Source: a virus
Taxonomy: Duplodnaviria > Caudoviricetes
DNA length: 64,000 nucleotides
Strand: one strand, 5' to 3'
IMG/VR virus record: IMGVR_UViG_2806310948_000001
Coordinates: 8,187-72,186 of that record
Below, in pieces: positions 1 through 9,314 of the stretch (positions are counted from its first letter, which is position 1; each line of letters opens with the position of its first letter). The notes below the pieces were generated by a model that searched no databases, had not been told where the DNA came from, and worked only from the letters and a program-made list of their open reading frames with translations. The translations under genes were made by a program, and so were the position numbers.

Positions 1-32
1 TATTAATTATATAATGTGGAGGAAAAAAATAA

Positions 33-512
33 ATGCCTAAGTTTGCTACAAAAGCGGCCGACAATATGTTTTGTCAGGCACGATACGAGGCGGCAAAGTT
101 CAACGAACGGTTAAGTAGCCGCGAAGGAGCTGCTGAGGAACTTGGTGTTGACCGGACAAGGCTTGCACGAATAGAACTTGGCAGTGTTACCCCTTATCCA
201 GAGGAAGTGCTTCTGATGGCGGATATCTATAGAGCCCCTGAATTGAAAGGTAATTATTGCCGGGAAATGTGCCCGCTGGGAAAAGGAATGCCAAAGATCG
301 AGAGTCATCAGGACATTGATAGGATTGCACTCAGGGCGCTGTGCTCATTCCGGAAGATTAACGAAGCCAAAGAACTCCTGTTAGATATTACAGCAGATGG
401 AGTTATTACAGAGGATGAAAAGTCAGATTTGGAGAAGATCATAAACACCTTGGATGAGGTTAATGAGGTAACTCAGAACCTGAAAAACTGGATTGAAAAA
501 ACATTGAAATGA
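33..512 (+). CDS. XRE-family HTH phage regulator (CII/YmfL-like C-terminus)
   Basis: HTH segment SREGAAEELGVDRTRLARIELG; C-terminal ITADGVITEDE motif; first gene of early operon. Confidence 0.7.
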   Translation: MPKFATKAADNMFCQARYEAAKFNERLSSREGAAEELGVDRTRLARIELGSVTPYPEEVLLMADIYRAPELKGNYCREMCPLGKGMPKIESHQDIDRIALRALCSFRKINEAKELLLDITADGVITEDEKSDLEKIINTLDEVNEVTQNLKNWIEKTLK

Positions 513-709
513 ATGGAGGTGCAGGCATGGGAATCGTCAAAGATTACAAAATTGGAAATACCAGCATAAAGATAGCTGATGATTATTGCTTATCAAAAAC
601 AGATGAAGAAGTAGAAGAGATCTTGCATCGTATCGCAGTATCTGCATATAGACATTTCAATGCCAAAGCCGAAAACTATGCAGATGAAACAATGATCAAC
701 GCAGGTTGA
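509..709 (+). CDS. Hypothetical phage protein
   Basis: ORF overlapping upstream stop; GGAGG before the internal ATG at about 527. Confidence 0.6.
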   Translation: MNGGAGMGIVKDYKIGNTSIKIADDYCLSKTDEEVEEILHRIAVSAYRHFNAKAENYADETMINAG

Positions 710-725
710 TAGAAAGAGGTGTACA

Positions 726-890
726 TTGCTTACAACGGAAGATGTGAAGAAATATCACGCAACAGTTGAACGGATTTTAAATGCGTTAGATAACAGCCCG
801 GTGCCAATCAGTTGGCGTAAAATGGACAGATGCGCATTACAGAGCGTTATCGCCAAAGAATTGATCTTAATTGATAAGGAGGCAAGATAA
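726..890 (+). CDS. Hypothetical 54-aa protein (not in ORF track)
   Basis: AGAGG RBS then TTG start, open to TAA at 888-890 which overlaps the next ATG. Confidence 0.5.
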   Translation: MLTTEDVKKYHATVERILNALDNSPVPISWRKMDRCALQSVIAKELILIDKEAR

Positions 891-1246
891 TGGATGTACG
901 CAAAGTACAAGATATGCGAAAGAATGTGGAACATCAGTACATTACAGAAGATTCCAAAACACGGATATATCTGTCCGTGGTGCGAGAATTTAATGAGAAG
1001 GAGTATGAAAAATATTCCCAAAAAAAGAAAAGAGCGAAAATGAAAAAGAGAATTCGCTTTTTGAAAAGGTTGATGGTTTACATCATTCCTACAGCAATCA
1101 GCCTTATCTTTTTCGGATATCTGAGTGATATGCTTTGCGCAATAAGGGGAAGCGCAGAGCTCGGATCTGAATGGATAGCAATCCCGATCATGTGGGTGTG
1201 GATACATGCGCTGGTCAGATTTGCTGTAGGAGATGATGCATATTAA
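890..1246 (+). CDS. Hypothetical membrane protein
   Basis: Basic N-terminus then two hydrophobic segments; GGAGG RBS. Confidence 0.65.
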   Translation: MDVRKVQDMRKNVEHQYITEDSKTRIYLSVVREFNEKEYEKYSQKKKRAKMKKRIRFLKRLMVYIIPTAISLIFFGYLSDMLCAIRGSAELGSEWIAIPIMWVWIHALVRFAVGDDAY

Positions 1247-1399
1247 AAGCCCCAGATGCTTAAAGGAGATATGAAGTGTAGACGGCACTCATAAGTCCGC
1301 ATCGGAGGCTTAGGTCAGAACTTTAAAACTTTGGTTTTGGAGCCCTTGTTTTTAAAGAACACCGTCATTTTATCACAAATTTAGGAGGTAATCAAGTAC

Positions 1400-2539
1400 A
1401 TGCAGGAAATTTCAGGAAGCTTATCAGAGGTTATAAGAGCATACAGTGATCATAATTTGCTTGTCCCTGCGGCAACAGATGTGCAACTGAATCCTTTCTA
1501 TAAATATCATGTAGAGGAAGTTGCAGTTGATCTGAGCGAAAATAGTGGCGACATTTTTAAAGTTGGTTCTGTTAAAACTGGAAAAACAGATAGCAAAGGA
1601 AATGATATCTGGCAGGATACATATTCATTATCCAAACCACTTCTTAACAAATTGGCTATGGCAGCTGGTATTCAGTTTAATCCACATCAGACATACGGTA
1701 GACGAATTGATAATATCACATATCGAGCTCAGGCACAGGGAGCAATGAGAAAAGCGGATGGGACTTACAGATCGGAAGTCGACCAGAAAGAAATCTGTCT
1801 TGAGGATGAAGAAGATAAGTATCGTACAGAATTTTCTGATAAGGCGGTTAAGGGGATTACAGACAAGAAAGCGGCAAATGCAGCGGCAGAAATATTTAAA
1901 GGAAGCTGGGTTGATACGAAAGATAAATGGGGAAAGAAAGTTAAAGCTTATGTTATCGACGAAGCAGATAGAGAACGATATGTTGAACGTTCGGTAAAAG
2001 TAAATATGGCTTTATTAAAGAAGACATGGGCCGAAAAAGCAATGACAGGAGCAAAACTCAGAGTCATCAGAGCATTGCTTGGGACAAAAGGCTCTTACAC
2101 AAAGGATGAATTAAAAAAGAATTTCGCGATTCCAACAGTAATATTCTCTCCGGATTATTCAGATCCACAGGTCCGGCAGGCAATGCTGATGCAGGGTATG
2201 AATTCTGTAAACAATATGTTCGGAATGCCTCAGATTGAGGTTAAGAATGTAGATTTTGCCACAGATAGCAATATTATCGATGAAGGTGACTTGGACAATC
2301 CGGCGTTTACTTCGGAACTTCCGGATGAAGATATGGGCGAAATTCAACAGGAAGCATTTGCCCAGCCCGAACAGGAAGAGCCGAATGAACCGGATCCGCA
2401 ACCAGAGGAAGACAGAACTGCAGATTTTCAGTGCTCCAGATGCGGTACGATCATAAATGAAAAGGTTTATGAGTATTCAATCAATAAATTTGGTGAACCA
2501 TTGTGTATCAAATGCCAGAGAGGAGGCGGACGCAGATGA
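1400..2539 (+). CDS. Hypothetical protein with acidic linker and C-terminal Zn ribbon; possible recombination (single-strand annealing) protein
   Basis: C-terminal CSRC...CIKC; E/P-rich linker; upstream of the SbcCD-like gene. Confidence 0.6.
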   Translation: MQEISGSLSEVIRAYSDHNLLVPAATDVQLNPFYKYHVEEVAVDLSENSGDIFKVGSVKTGKTDSKGNDIWQDTYSLSKPLLNKLAMAAGIQFNPHQTYGRRIDNITYRAQAQGAMRKADGTYRSEVDQKEICLEDEEDKYRTEFSDKAVKGITDKKAANAAAEIFKGSWVDTKDKWGKKVKAYVIDEADRERYVERSVKVNMALLKKTWAEKAMTGAKLRVIRALLGTKGSYTKDELKKNFAIPTVIFSPDYSDPQVRQAMLMQGMNSVNNMFGMPQIEVKNVDFATDSNIIDEGDLDNPAFTSELPDEDMGEIQQEAFAQPEQEEPNEPDPQPEEDRTADFQCSRCGTIINEKVYEYSINKFGEPLCIKCQRGGGRR

Positions 2540-2973
2540 AAATTATTAAAATTTCCACAGAACTTGAAATGACAATACACGATTTTCCGGAAGGAACCAT
2601 GAGAGAACAAAGCAAAGCTCTCTACGAACTGATTGGTAATGGATGCGATATTGTTGAACATGTAATGCCGAAGAGACTTTATACAATGTTAAAAATGTCG
2701 CCTACACCAACAAGGACGCCTGGTGAATGTGTATGCATGTTGATCGACGAAGAGGGAAGGCTGAAGCCGAATAGAGCAAACCTGATTGGAAGCTATCTTT
2801 ACGAATATGACAAGCATGGATGCCCTATTCTTGGAAACATCCTGTTTATCGGAGAAAAGATGGGGAATAGTGGCATTGATTTCTGTGGGATTAGTGAAGA
2901 GAACTTCGATTGTTTGAAAAAGGGGCTCGTAAATATGTTTCCTGTAATAAAAGTGACGGAGGTAAAAGAATGA
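2536..2973 (+). CDS. Hypothetical phage protein (DUF3846-like)
   Basis: GGAGG RBS and ATG at 2536; LIDEEGRLK..N..GSYLY..ILGN pattern. Confidence 0.55.
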   Translation: MKIIKISTELEMTIHDFPEGTMREQSKALYELIGNGCDIVEHVMPKRLYTMLKMSPTPTRTPGECVCMLIDEEGRLKPNRANLIGSYLYEYDKHGCPILGNILFIGEKMGNSGIDFCGISEENFDCLKKGLVNMFPVIKVTEVKE

Positions 2974-5900
2974 AGATTTTACATACAGCTGACTGGCATA
3001 TTGGCCAGTTTAAAGGTCCTGTAGTGGACGGGGTAAATCTCCGTTCACAGGATACAGTAAATTGTCTTAATTATATGATTAAGGTTGCAGAAGAAGAGAA
3101 ACCAGACATTGTTTGCGTTTCTGGTGATGTTTTCCATCAGGAGCAGATAGGTCCGGTAAGATATTCGGACGAAATGATTGTTGCAACAGACACGATCACA
3201 AAATTGGCAGGTGTTGCGAAAGCAGTAATCGTAATGAGAGGAACGCCGAATCATGATGGAGGTGGACAATTCAGAGTTTTGAGCAAGATGTTTGCAAATA
3301 CCGGAAATGTACATATAGTAACATCGCCAACTGTACTCCGTACGCCATATGCTGATATAGCCTGCATTCCGGGATTTGATAAGCAGGAGTTCAGATCAAG
3401 ATTCCCTGGTCTGTCTGCAGATGAAGAAAATGAAGCATGGACAAGCTATATATCCAGTATGGTAATGGGACTTCGAGCTGAATGCCATAATACACCTATA
3501 CTGATGGCGCATTATACCGTACCTGGTTGCAACATGGAATCCGGCCAGACTTCATTCTTTACAAATTTTGAACCGGTTATTCCGAGAGAAGCATTGGAAG
3601 CTGCTGGGTATGAAGCAGTGCTCCTGGGACACATTCACCGCCCGCAGATACTTAATGGTCTGCATAATGTATTTTACTCCGGGGCTATTAATGCTATGAA
3701 TTTCAATGATGAAGGACAGGAGAGAGGTTTCTGGATTCACGAGTTCAGTGATACAGGAAAGCTGACAAAAGGACATAATTGCATCACACCATACAGACGG
3801 TTCTATACGATCACATGGGATACAGAAGAAGTGGAAGCTTATATCCGAGAGGGAGTGATGTATCTTCATAGATTGGGATTTCCGGAAGATGTGACAGATA
3901 AGATTGTTCGAGTGCGGTATTCCTGTACATCCGAACAGAAGAAACAGTTAAATATTCCTGCACTGCAGAAAGACCTGTATGAACTGGGGGCCTTTTATGT
4001 GTCGGATATTGAGGCAGAAAATGCTATTGATGTTACGAACAGAGGATTACTCTCAGAGGAAAGCGACCCGACTTTAAATCTCAAGAAGTATCTGGAAGAA
4101 AAATGCTTCAAGAATCCAGATAAGATCGTAGAACTGGCAGAACCGATTATTGCGGAAGCGATGAAACAGAGTACAACTGCAGAGATACACGGAGTATTCC
4201 GACCGATTTCAATAGCTGTCCGCAATTACAGAAATTATAAAGAAGAAAGATTTGATTTTGCTGATATATCTTTCTGTACGATCAACGGTATAAATGGAGC
4301 AGGAAAGAGCAGCTTATTCATGGATGCGATTGTTGACTGCCTGTTTGAAGAAACTCGAGAGGGAGACAGCAAGGCGTGGATCCGCGGTACAGAAGATGCA
4401 AGAAGCGGTTCTATAGAATTTGTATTTGACATTGGAGATAAGAGATTCAGGGTCGTACGTACCAGAACTAAGTCAGGAAAACCGACGTTGAACCTATCTC
4501 AGTATGAAGAAAATGAATGGCGAAACATTTCAAAGGAGCGAATTGCTGATACTCAGGCAGAGATAGAGAAGCTTCTCGGTATGGACAGCATGACATTCCG
4601 AAGTTGCGCTTTAATCATGCAGGATCAGTACGGATTATTCTTGCAGGCTAAAAAGGACGAACGTATGACAATACTTGCGAAACTGCTTGGTCTTGGAATC
4701 TATGGAGTTATGGAACTGGATTCAAAAAAGAAACTCTCCGAACAGAGAAAAGAGCTGGCCTCGAAAAAAGAAGCTGTCCGAATCAAAACGGATTTTATCA
4801 AATCCAAAGGAGATCCGGAATCTGAATTGCAGAAAGCAGAGGAAGATATTCATCAGCTTAATAAAGAGATTGAGGATTTAAGCGATACTCAAGGACAGTT
4901 ACTGAATAAACATGCTCAGATTGCAAAAGCAGAGCAGGAGTGCCGCAAAGCTTCGGAAGAATTGGATGATTGTCATAAGAGACGCAGCTCCATTTCAGAT
5001 GAAATCTCAAGTAAGACGCAGATTTTAGAAAACTGTAATGTCGCATTGGAATCAGCGAATGAGGTCAGAAAAAAAGCCGCCGAATATAAACAGTTGTCCG
5101 AACAGATTATAGAGCTGGAGAAAGACGTTCTTAATCATGACAACGCAAAAAGAAATCTTGCCGGGTATAATGCTGACATCCAGAATTGCCAGAATATCAT
5201 AAACGATGCAAAGCGTCGAAATAACGACATTGCGAATCTTATTGAACAGCTTAAAGCAGAACTTCCGGATAATTTGGAAGAAAAACTGACGGAGTTGGCT
5301 CAGGTGAGGACACAATGCGAGGAATTACAGGAAAAAAGATATCTGGCTTCTATTGCGGAGCAGGAACTGCAACAGATAAGAGCAACGTATTCTCAGCGTA
5401 TATCAGAAGCAGAGAACAGGCGGAAATATCGTTTGGACAGAATTTCCGAGATAAGACAGCAGGAGGAATTTATGAAGAATTCCGGTTGCCCTGATATAGA
5501 TGGAGCAAGCTGCAGGTTTCTTGCAAAAGCAATCGATGATGTAAAAAGTTTACCAGAAGAAGCAGACCATCTGGAAAAATGTGAGGAAGAAATAGCAGCA
5601 TTGAGGATCAAACGGGACGAAGAAATATCCAAAAAACAGGATGAAATTTGTGTTATCGGATATGATGCTGAAAGATTAGATCTTTTGACAACAAAAGCAA
5701 GTGCGCTTGTGAAATATGAAAACTTGAAAAAGGATGCCGAGAAAAAGAAACTTGAAATCGCCCGTTTAGAGACAGAAAAGAACACCAACAGTAAAACGAT
5801 AGGGCAGTATGAAGAAATCCTCTTAGAGCTCAATATAAAGGCCCAGAAAGCAACTGATATTGTTGATATGTTATCTGATTCCGTTATTAAGTACGATAAT

Positions 5901-6797
5901 GCTGTATGTAAAAGAAATTCGGTGGCACATTTTGCAGACCAGGAAAAGGAACTTCCGGTGTATGAAGAGAGAAAGCAGCATATTGATAAGAGACTTACTG
6001 AATTATATCAGGAGCGGAGCAAGGAAGATGCCAACGAACTTGTTTTATACAACAATCTTCGTGAAGCGGAAATAAAACTGGAAGAATTAAGAAAAGATAT
6101 TGAAGGCAGTGAAGCTCTTGAAGAAGTTGAGAGAAGATTAAAATTTGCAAAAGAAACTCTGGAAAAAGCGCAGATTCAAAAAGGCGTACTGACACAGAGA
6201 GTTGAAGATGTTGAGGCGATGCGTTCTGAAATAGCTCTTTTGAATAAAGGTATTGCTGTTGCAGCTGAGAAAGCTGATTGCTACGAGGCTTTGAAACAGG
6301 CATTTTCACAGGATGGCGTTCCGCATCAGATCATCCGAAATATTATTCCTCACATTACTGATACTGCAAACAATATCCTTGGATCTATGACAGGCGGAAC
6401 TATGGGAGTGGAATTTGTGATGGAACGTACCGTCAAAGGTAAAGACGGTGACAGAGCTACACTGGACGTACTGATCAATGAGTACGGAAAGACAACTCTC
6501 CCATATGCTTCGAAATCCGGAGGGGAAAAGGTAAAGGCTTCACTTGCTATTATCCTTGCATTGTCTGAGATTAAAGCAACGTCCGCAGGTATTCAGCTCG
6601 GAATGCTGTTTATAGACGAACCTCCATTTCTCGACGATGATGGAACTCAGGCCTATGTAGATGCTCTGGAAACAATCAGACAGAGGTATCCAGATGTGAA
6701 AATTATGGCAATAACCCATGATGATGCTATGAAAGCTCGATTCAATCAGTCTGTAACCGTAATTAAAACAGAAGACGGCTCTAAGGTCATTTACTAA
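2970..6797 (+). CDS. Fused SbcD (Mre11-type metallophosphoesterase) and SbcC (Rad50-type SMC ATPase)
   Basis: ADWHIG, GDVFH, GTPNHD, GHIH nuclease motifs; Walker A GINGAGKS, coiled coils, signature SGGE, Walker B LFIDE and H-loop ITHD in one ORF. Confidence 0.9.
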   Translation: MKILHTADWHIGQFKGPVVDGVNLRSQDTVNCLNYMIKVAEEEKPDIVCVSGDVFHQEQIGPVRYSDEMIVATDTITKLAGVAKAVIVMRGTPNHDGGGQFRVLSKMFANTGNVHIVTSPTVLRTPYADIACIPGFDKQEFRSRFPGLSADEENEAWTSYISSMVMGLRAECHNTPILMAHYTVPGCNMESGQTSFFTNFEPVIPREALEAAGYEAVLLGHIHRPQILNGLHNVFYSGAINAMNFNDEGQERGFWIHEFSDTGKLTKGHNCITPYRRFYTITWDTEEVEAYIREGVMYLHRLGFPEDVTDKIVRVRYSCTSEQKKQLNIPALQKDLYELGAFYVSDIEAENAIDVTNRGLLSEESDPTLNLKKYLEEKCFKNPDKIVELAEPIIAEAMKQSTTAEIHGVFRPISIAVRNYRNYKEERFDFADISFCTINGINGAGKSSLFMDAIVDCLFEETREGDSKAWIRGTEDARSGSIEFVFDIGDKRFRVVRTRTKSGKPTLNLSQYEENEWRNISKERIADTQAEIEKLLGMDSMTFRSCALIMQDQYGLFLQAKKDERMTILAKLLGLGIYGVMELDSKKKLSEQRKELASKKEAVRIKTDFIKSKGDPESELQKAEEDIHQLNKEIEDLSDTQGQLLNKHAQIAKAEQECRKASEELDDCHKRRSSISDEISSKTQILENCNVALESANEVRKKAAEYKQLSEQIIELEKDVLNHDNAKRNLAGYNADIQNCQNIINDAKRRNNDIANLIEQLKAELPDNLEEKLTELAQVRTQCEELQEKRYLASIAEQELQQIRATYSQRISEAENRRKYRLDRISEIRQQEEFMKNSGCPDIDGASCRFLAKAIDDVKSLPEEADHLEKCEEEIAALRIKRDEEISKKQDEICVIGYDAERLDLLTTKASALVKYENLKKDAEKKKLEIARLETEKNTNSKTIGQYEEILLELNIKAQKATDIVDMLSDSVIKYDNAVCKRNSVAHFADQEKELPVYEERKQHIDKRLTELYQERSKEDANELVLYNNLREAEIKLEELRKDIEGSEALEEVERRLKFAKETLEKAQIQKGVLTQRVEDVEAMRSEIALLNKGIAVAAEKADCYEALKQAFSQDGVPHQIIRNIIPHITDTANNILGSMTGGTMGVEFVMERTVKGKDGDRATLDVLINEYGKTTLPYASKSGGEKVKASLAIILALSEIKATSAGIQLGMLFIDEPPFLDDDGTQAYVDALETIRQRYPDVKIMAITHDDAMKARFNQSVTVIKTEDGSKVIY

Positions 6798-6807
6798 GGA
6801 GGCGTCT

Positions 6808-7734
6808 ATGGGAAAAAGATACTATTGGCTTAAGCTGCCGGATGATTTCTTCCGGCAGAAGCCGATCAAAAAACTCCGCAGAATTGCCGGAGGCGATACA
6901 TACACAATTATCTATCTCAAGATGTTGCTGGTATCTCTGAAAAATGAGGGAAAACTCTTCTTTGATGGAGTAGAAGAGAATTTTACAGAAGAGATTGCAC
7001 TTGAACTTGACGAAGAAGAGGAAAACGTAAAAGTCACAGTCCAGTTTCTTATGGCTCAGGGACTCCTGCAACTGATAGACGAAAGCGAATATGAGCTTAC
7101 AGAGTGTTCCAGAATGGTGGGATCTGAAAGCGCAAGTGCTGAAAGAATGAGACGTCTTAGAGATAAAAAAACGTCACAATGTGACATTGGTGTGACGCAA
7201 CAGTTACACCTCAGTGACGTAGAGAAAGAGATAGAGATAGAGAAAGATAAAGAGATAGAGAATAAATACATTTGCCCGGAGGTGAACTCCGGACAGCCGC
7301 AACCGAAGGTGGAGATAGAGCCAGTTACGGAGAGCAGGACGAAGGTGGAGATAGAGCCATCCTGTTCAAAGGCTGAGTTGAAGGTAGAGACAGAGCCGGC
7401 TCAGGCGGATGTATTTATTAAATTGCCGTTGATCAATGGGGATGATTACCTGGTGACAAAAGAATATGTCAAAGAGCTTAAAGAATTATATCCGGCAGTT
7501 GATGTTGAACAGGCATTGCGTAATATGCGTGGATGGCTTGATTCTAACCCCAGAAACAAAAAGACTCCGAGGGGAATCAAACGATTTATTACAGGTTGGA
7601 TATCCAGAGAGCAGGACAAAGCACCTCGCGTGCCGGATAAGCCAAAGCCTGTTTCTCAAAACCGCTTTAATAATTTTCACCAGAGAGATTATGACTTTGC
7701 AGAGTATGAAAGGCAGTTGTTGAAACGTGAATGA
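6808..7734 (+). CDS. Phage replisome organizer / replication initiator
   Basis: N-terminal YYWLKLPDDFF...YLKMLL pattern; C-terminal NRFNNFHQRDYDF-type helicase-loader-interacting tail. Confidence 0.85.
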   Translation: MGKRYYWLKLPDDFFRQKPIKKLRRIAGGDTYTIIYLKMLLVSLKNEGKLFFDGVEENFTEEIALELDEEEENVKVTVQFLMAQGLLQLIDESEYELTECSRMVGSESASAERMRRLRDKKTSQCDIGVTQQLHLSDVEKEIEIEKDKEIENKYICPEVNSGQPQPKVEIEPVTESRTKVEIEPSCSKAELKVETEPAQADVFIKLPLINGDDYLVTKEYVKELKELYPAVDVEQALRNMRGWLDSNPRNKKTPRGIKRFITGWISREQDKAPRVPDKPKPVSQNRFNNFHQRDYDFAEYERQLLKRE

Positions 7735-8557
7735 AGAAAAGATTACAGGGACCGAAAAAGAGTTTTTGGATGTGTTCAGGCAGCTCTGCATCAGCAGGAG
7801 TTCGTGGCAGGTGTGGGCGGATCTTATGGCGGCAATGGCATGTACACTTGCAAATGCAGTAGATAAGTCATTGCCGAGACATACGGCAAGGGAAAAAGAG
7901 TATGCAGAGTGCATCAAACGCCTTGGAGGAGTGGAGAAGCCAGCCAAGTGCTTTGCGATTGTAGTTGAAGCACTGGAACGCAATCCAGATCAGGACTTTC
8001 TTGGAAAGCTGTACATGAGCCTTGAGTTAGGAAATCACTGGAAAGGGCAGTTTTTTACACCATACAATGTCTGCGAATGTATGGCTGGCATAACAATCAA
8101 TGACAATATACAGACATTGGAAAAACAGGAATGGATATCTGTCAATGATCCGGCATGTGGAGCAGGAGCGACTCTTGTAGCAACGGCAAACATATTCCGC
8201 AGAAAAAAGATAAATTACCAGACACGGGTTTTGTTCACCGCCAATGACATAGACAGAGTAGTTGCTCAGATGTGTTACATACAGCTTTCACTTCTTGGGT
8301 GTGCAGGCTGGGTGGCTGTTGCAAATACGATATCCAATCCGGTATGCGGAGATCCGCTGATGCCTGACGAAAAACCTGGACAGGAATTTTGGTACACACC
8401 GTTTTACTTTCGGGAAGAATGGTGTAGGAGACGACAGCTCAAGATATTTAGAGAACAGTTTGGCGCATTGGTCGTGCCATTGAGAAAAATAGAAGCTGAA
8501 AGGACAACATTTTATTTTGATTTCGAGAAAGGAGAATACAAATGTCAGAACAGTTAA
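7727..8557 (+). CDS. N-6 DNA methylase-like SAM-binding protein
   Basis: GQFFTP, DPACGAG (SAM-binding motif I) and DID motifs. Confidence 0.75.
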   Translation: MNEEKITGTEKEFLDVFRQLCISRSSWQVWADLMAAMACTLANAVDKSLPRHTAREKEYAECIKRLGGVEKPAKCFAIVVEALERNPDQDFLGKLYMSLELGNHWKGQFFTPYNVCECMAGITINDNIQTLEKQEWISVNDPACGAGATLVATANIFRRKKINYQTRVLFTANDIDRVVAQMCYIQLSLLGCAGWVAVANTISNPVCGDPLMPDEKPGQEFWYTPFYFREEWCRRRQLKIFREQFGALVVPLRKIEAERTTFYFDFEKGEYKCQNS

Positions 8558-9303
8558 AACAGGAAGTGGACACTGCTGAAATCGACCGTTTAGAGACGGA
8601 AACGGACGTGGACAGTAAAACGATAGGGCAGGACGAAACAGAACTGCTAGAGAGCAAATTAGAGGACGAGAGCGGCAATGAAGTGAAAGCAGAGGATACT
8701 GTGTATTTGGGGAAAGCTTCACTTGCTGAGATTCTTACAGGAATGGCGGATCCAACAGAAGAGGAAATTAGAGCTGCAGAAATTGAGAATGCAAAGCCGG
8801 TAAAGCAGAAGGCTAAAGAAAAACTGGAAGCTGAAAAGAAAAAAGCAACCCAGAAGAATTTTGCTGAGCCGATCATTGCTTATCTGTTGAAAAGATGCGA
8901 AGAGGATCAGGGACTTGCTGAGGACGTAATGCAGGAGGGCAAGACCTGGAACAAGTGCTTTAACTATATTGTCGAACAGGCCAGAAAGCAGTCGAATGGC
9001 AGATCCACTGCAGTTGAAGACCAGGTTGTATATGAATGGGCAGAGGATTATTACCACAAATATGAAAAACCGGAAACCGCCAAAAAGGAAAAAGACAAAA
9101 AGCCTGCGACAACAAAAAAGACAGAAGCACCAGCTAAAAAAGTTACAGAAATCAAGAAAGACATTCAGGAAACAAAGAATGATTCCAAGGTTTCTGAAAA
9201 GCCAGAGAAAAAAGATGCTGCTTCCAAGCAGCGGAAAACTGAAAAAACAAGTACAAAAAGCAGCGGCCTGAACGGTCAGATATCACTGTTCGATCTTCTG
9301 TAG
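8542..9303 (+). CDS. PcfK-like / AcrIIA9-family domain protein
   Basis: Central IIAYLLKRCEED...KTWNKCFNYIVEQARK...DQVVYEWAEDYY block directly upstream of a PcfJ-like gene; ends in QISLFDLL. Confidence 0.7.
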   Translation: MSEQLKQEVDTAEIDRLETETDVDSKTIGQDETELLESKLEDESGNEVKAEDTVYLGKASLAEILTGMADPTEEEIRAAEIENAKPVKQKAKEKLEAEKKKATQKNFAEPIIAYLLKRCEEDQGLAEDVMQEGKTWNKCFNYIVEQARKQSNGRSTAVEDQVVYEWAEDYYHKYEKPETAKKEKDKKPATTKKTEAPAKKVTEIKKDIQETKNDSKVSEKPEKKDAASKQRKTEKTSTKSSGLNGQISLFDLL

Positions 9304-9314
9304 GAGGATGTCAC

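Noticed and set aside
1246-1310. Imperfect long inverted repeat (AAGCCCCAGATGC ... GCATCGGAGGCTT) as an ncRNA
   Set aside because: Resembles ordinary intergenic hairpins of phage early regions; no further support
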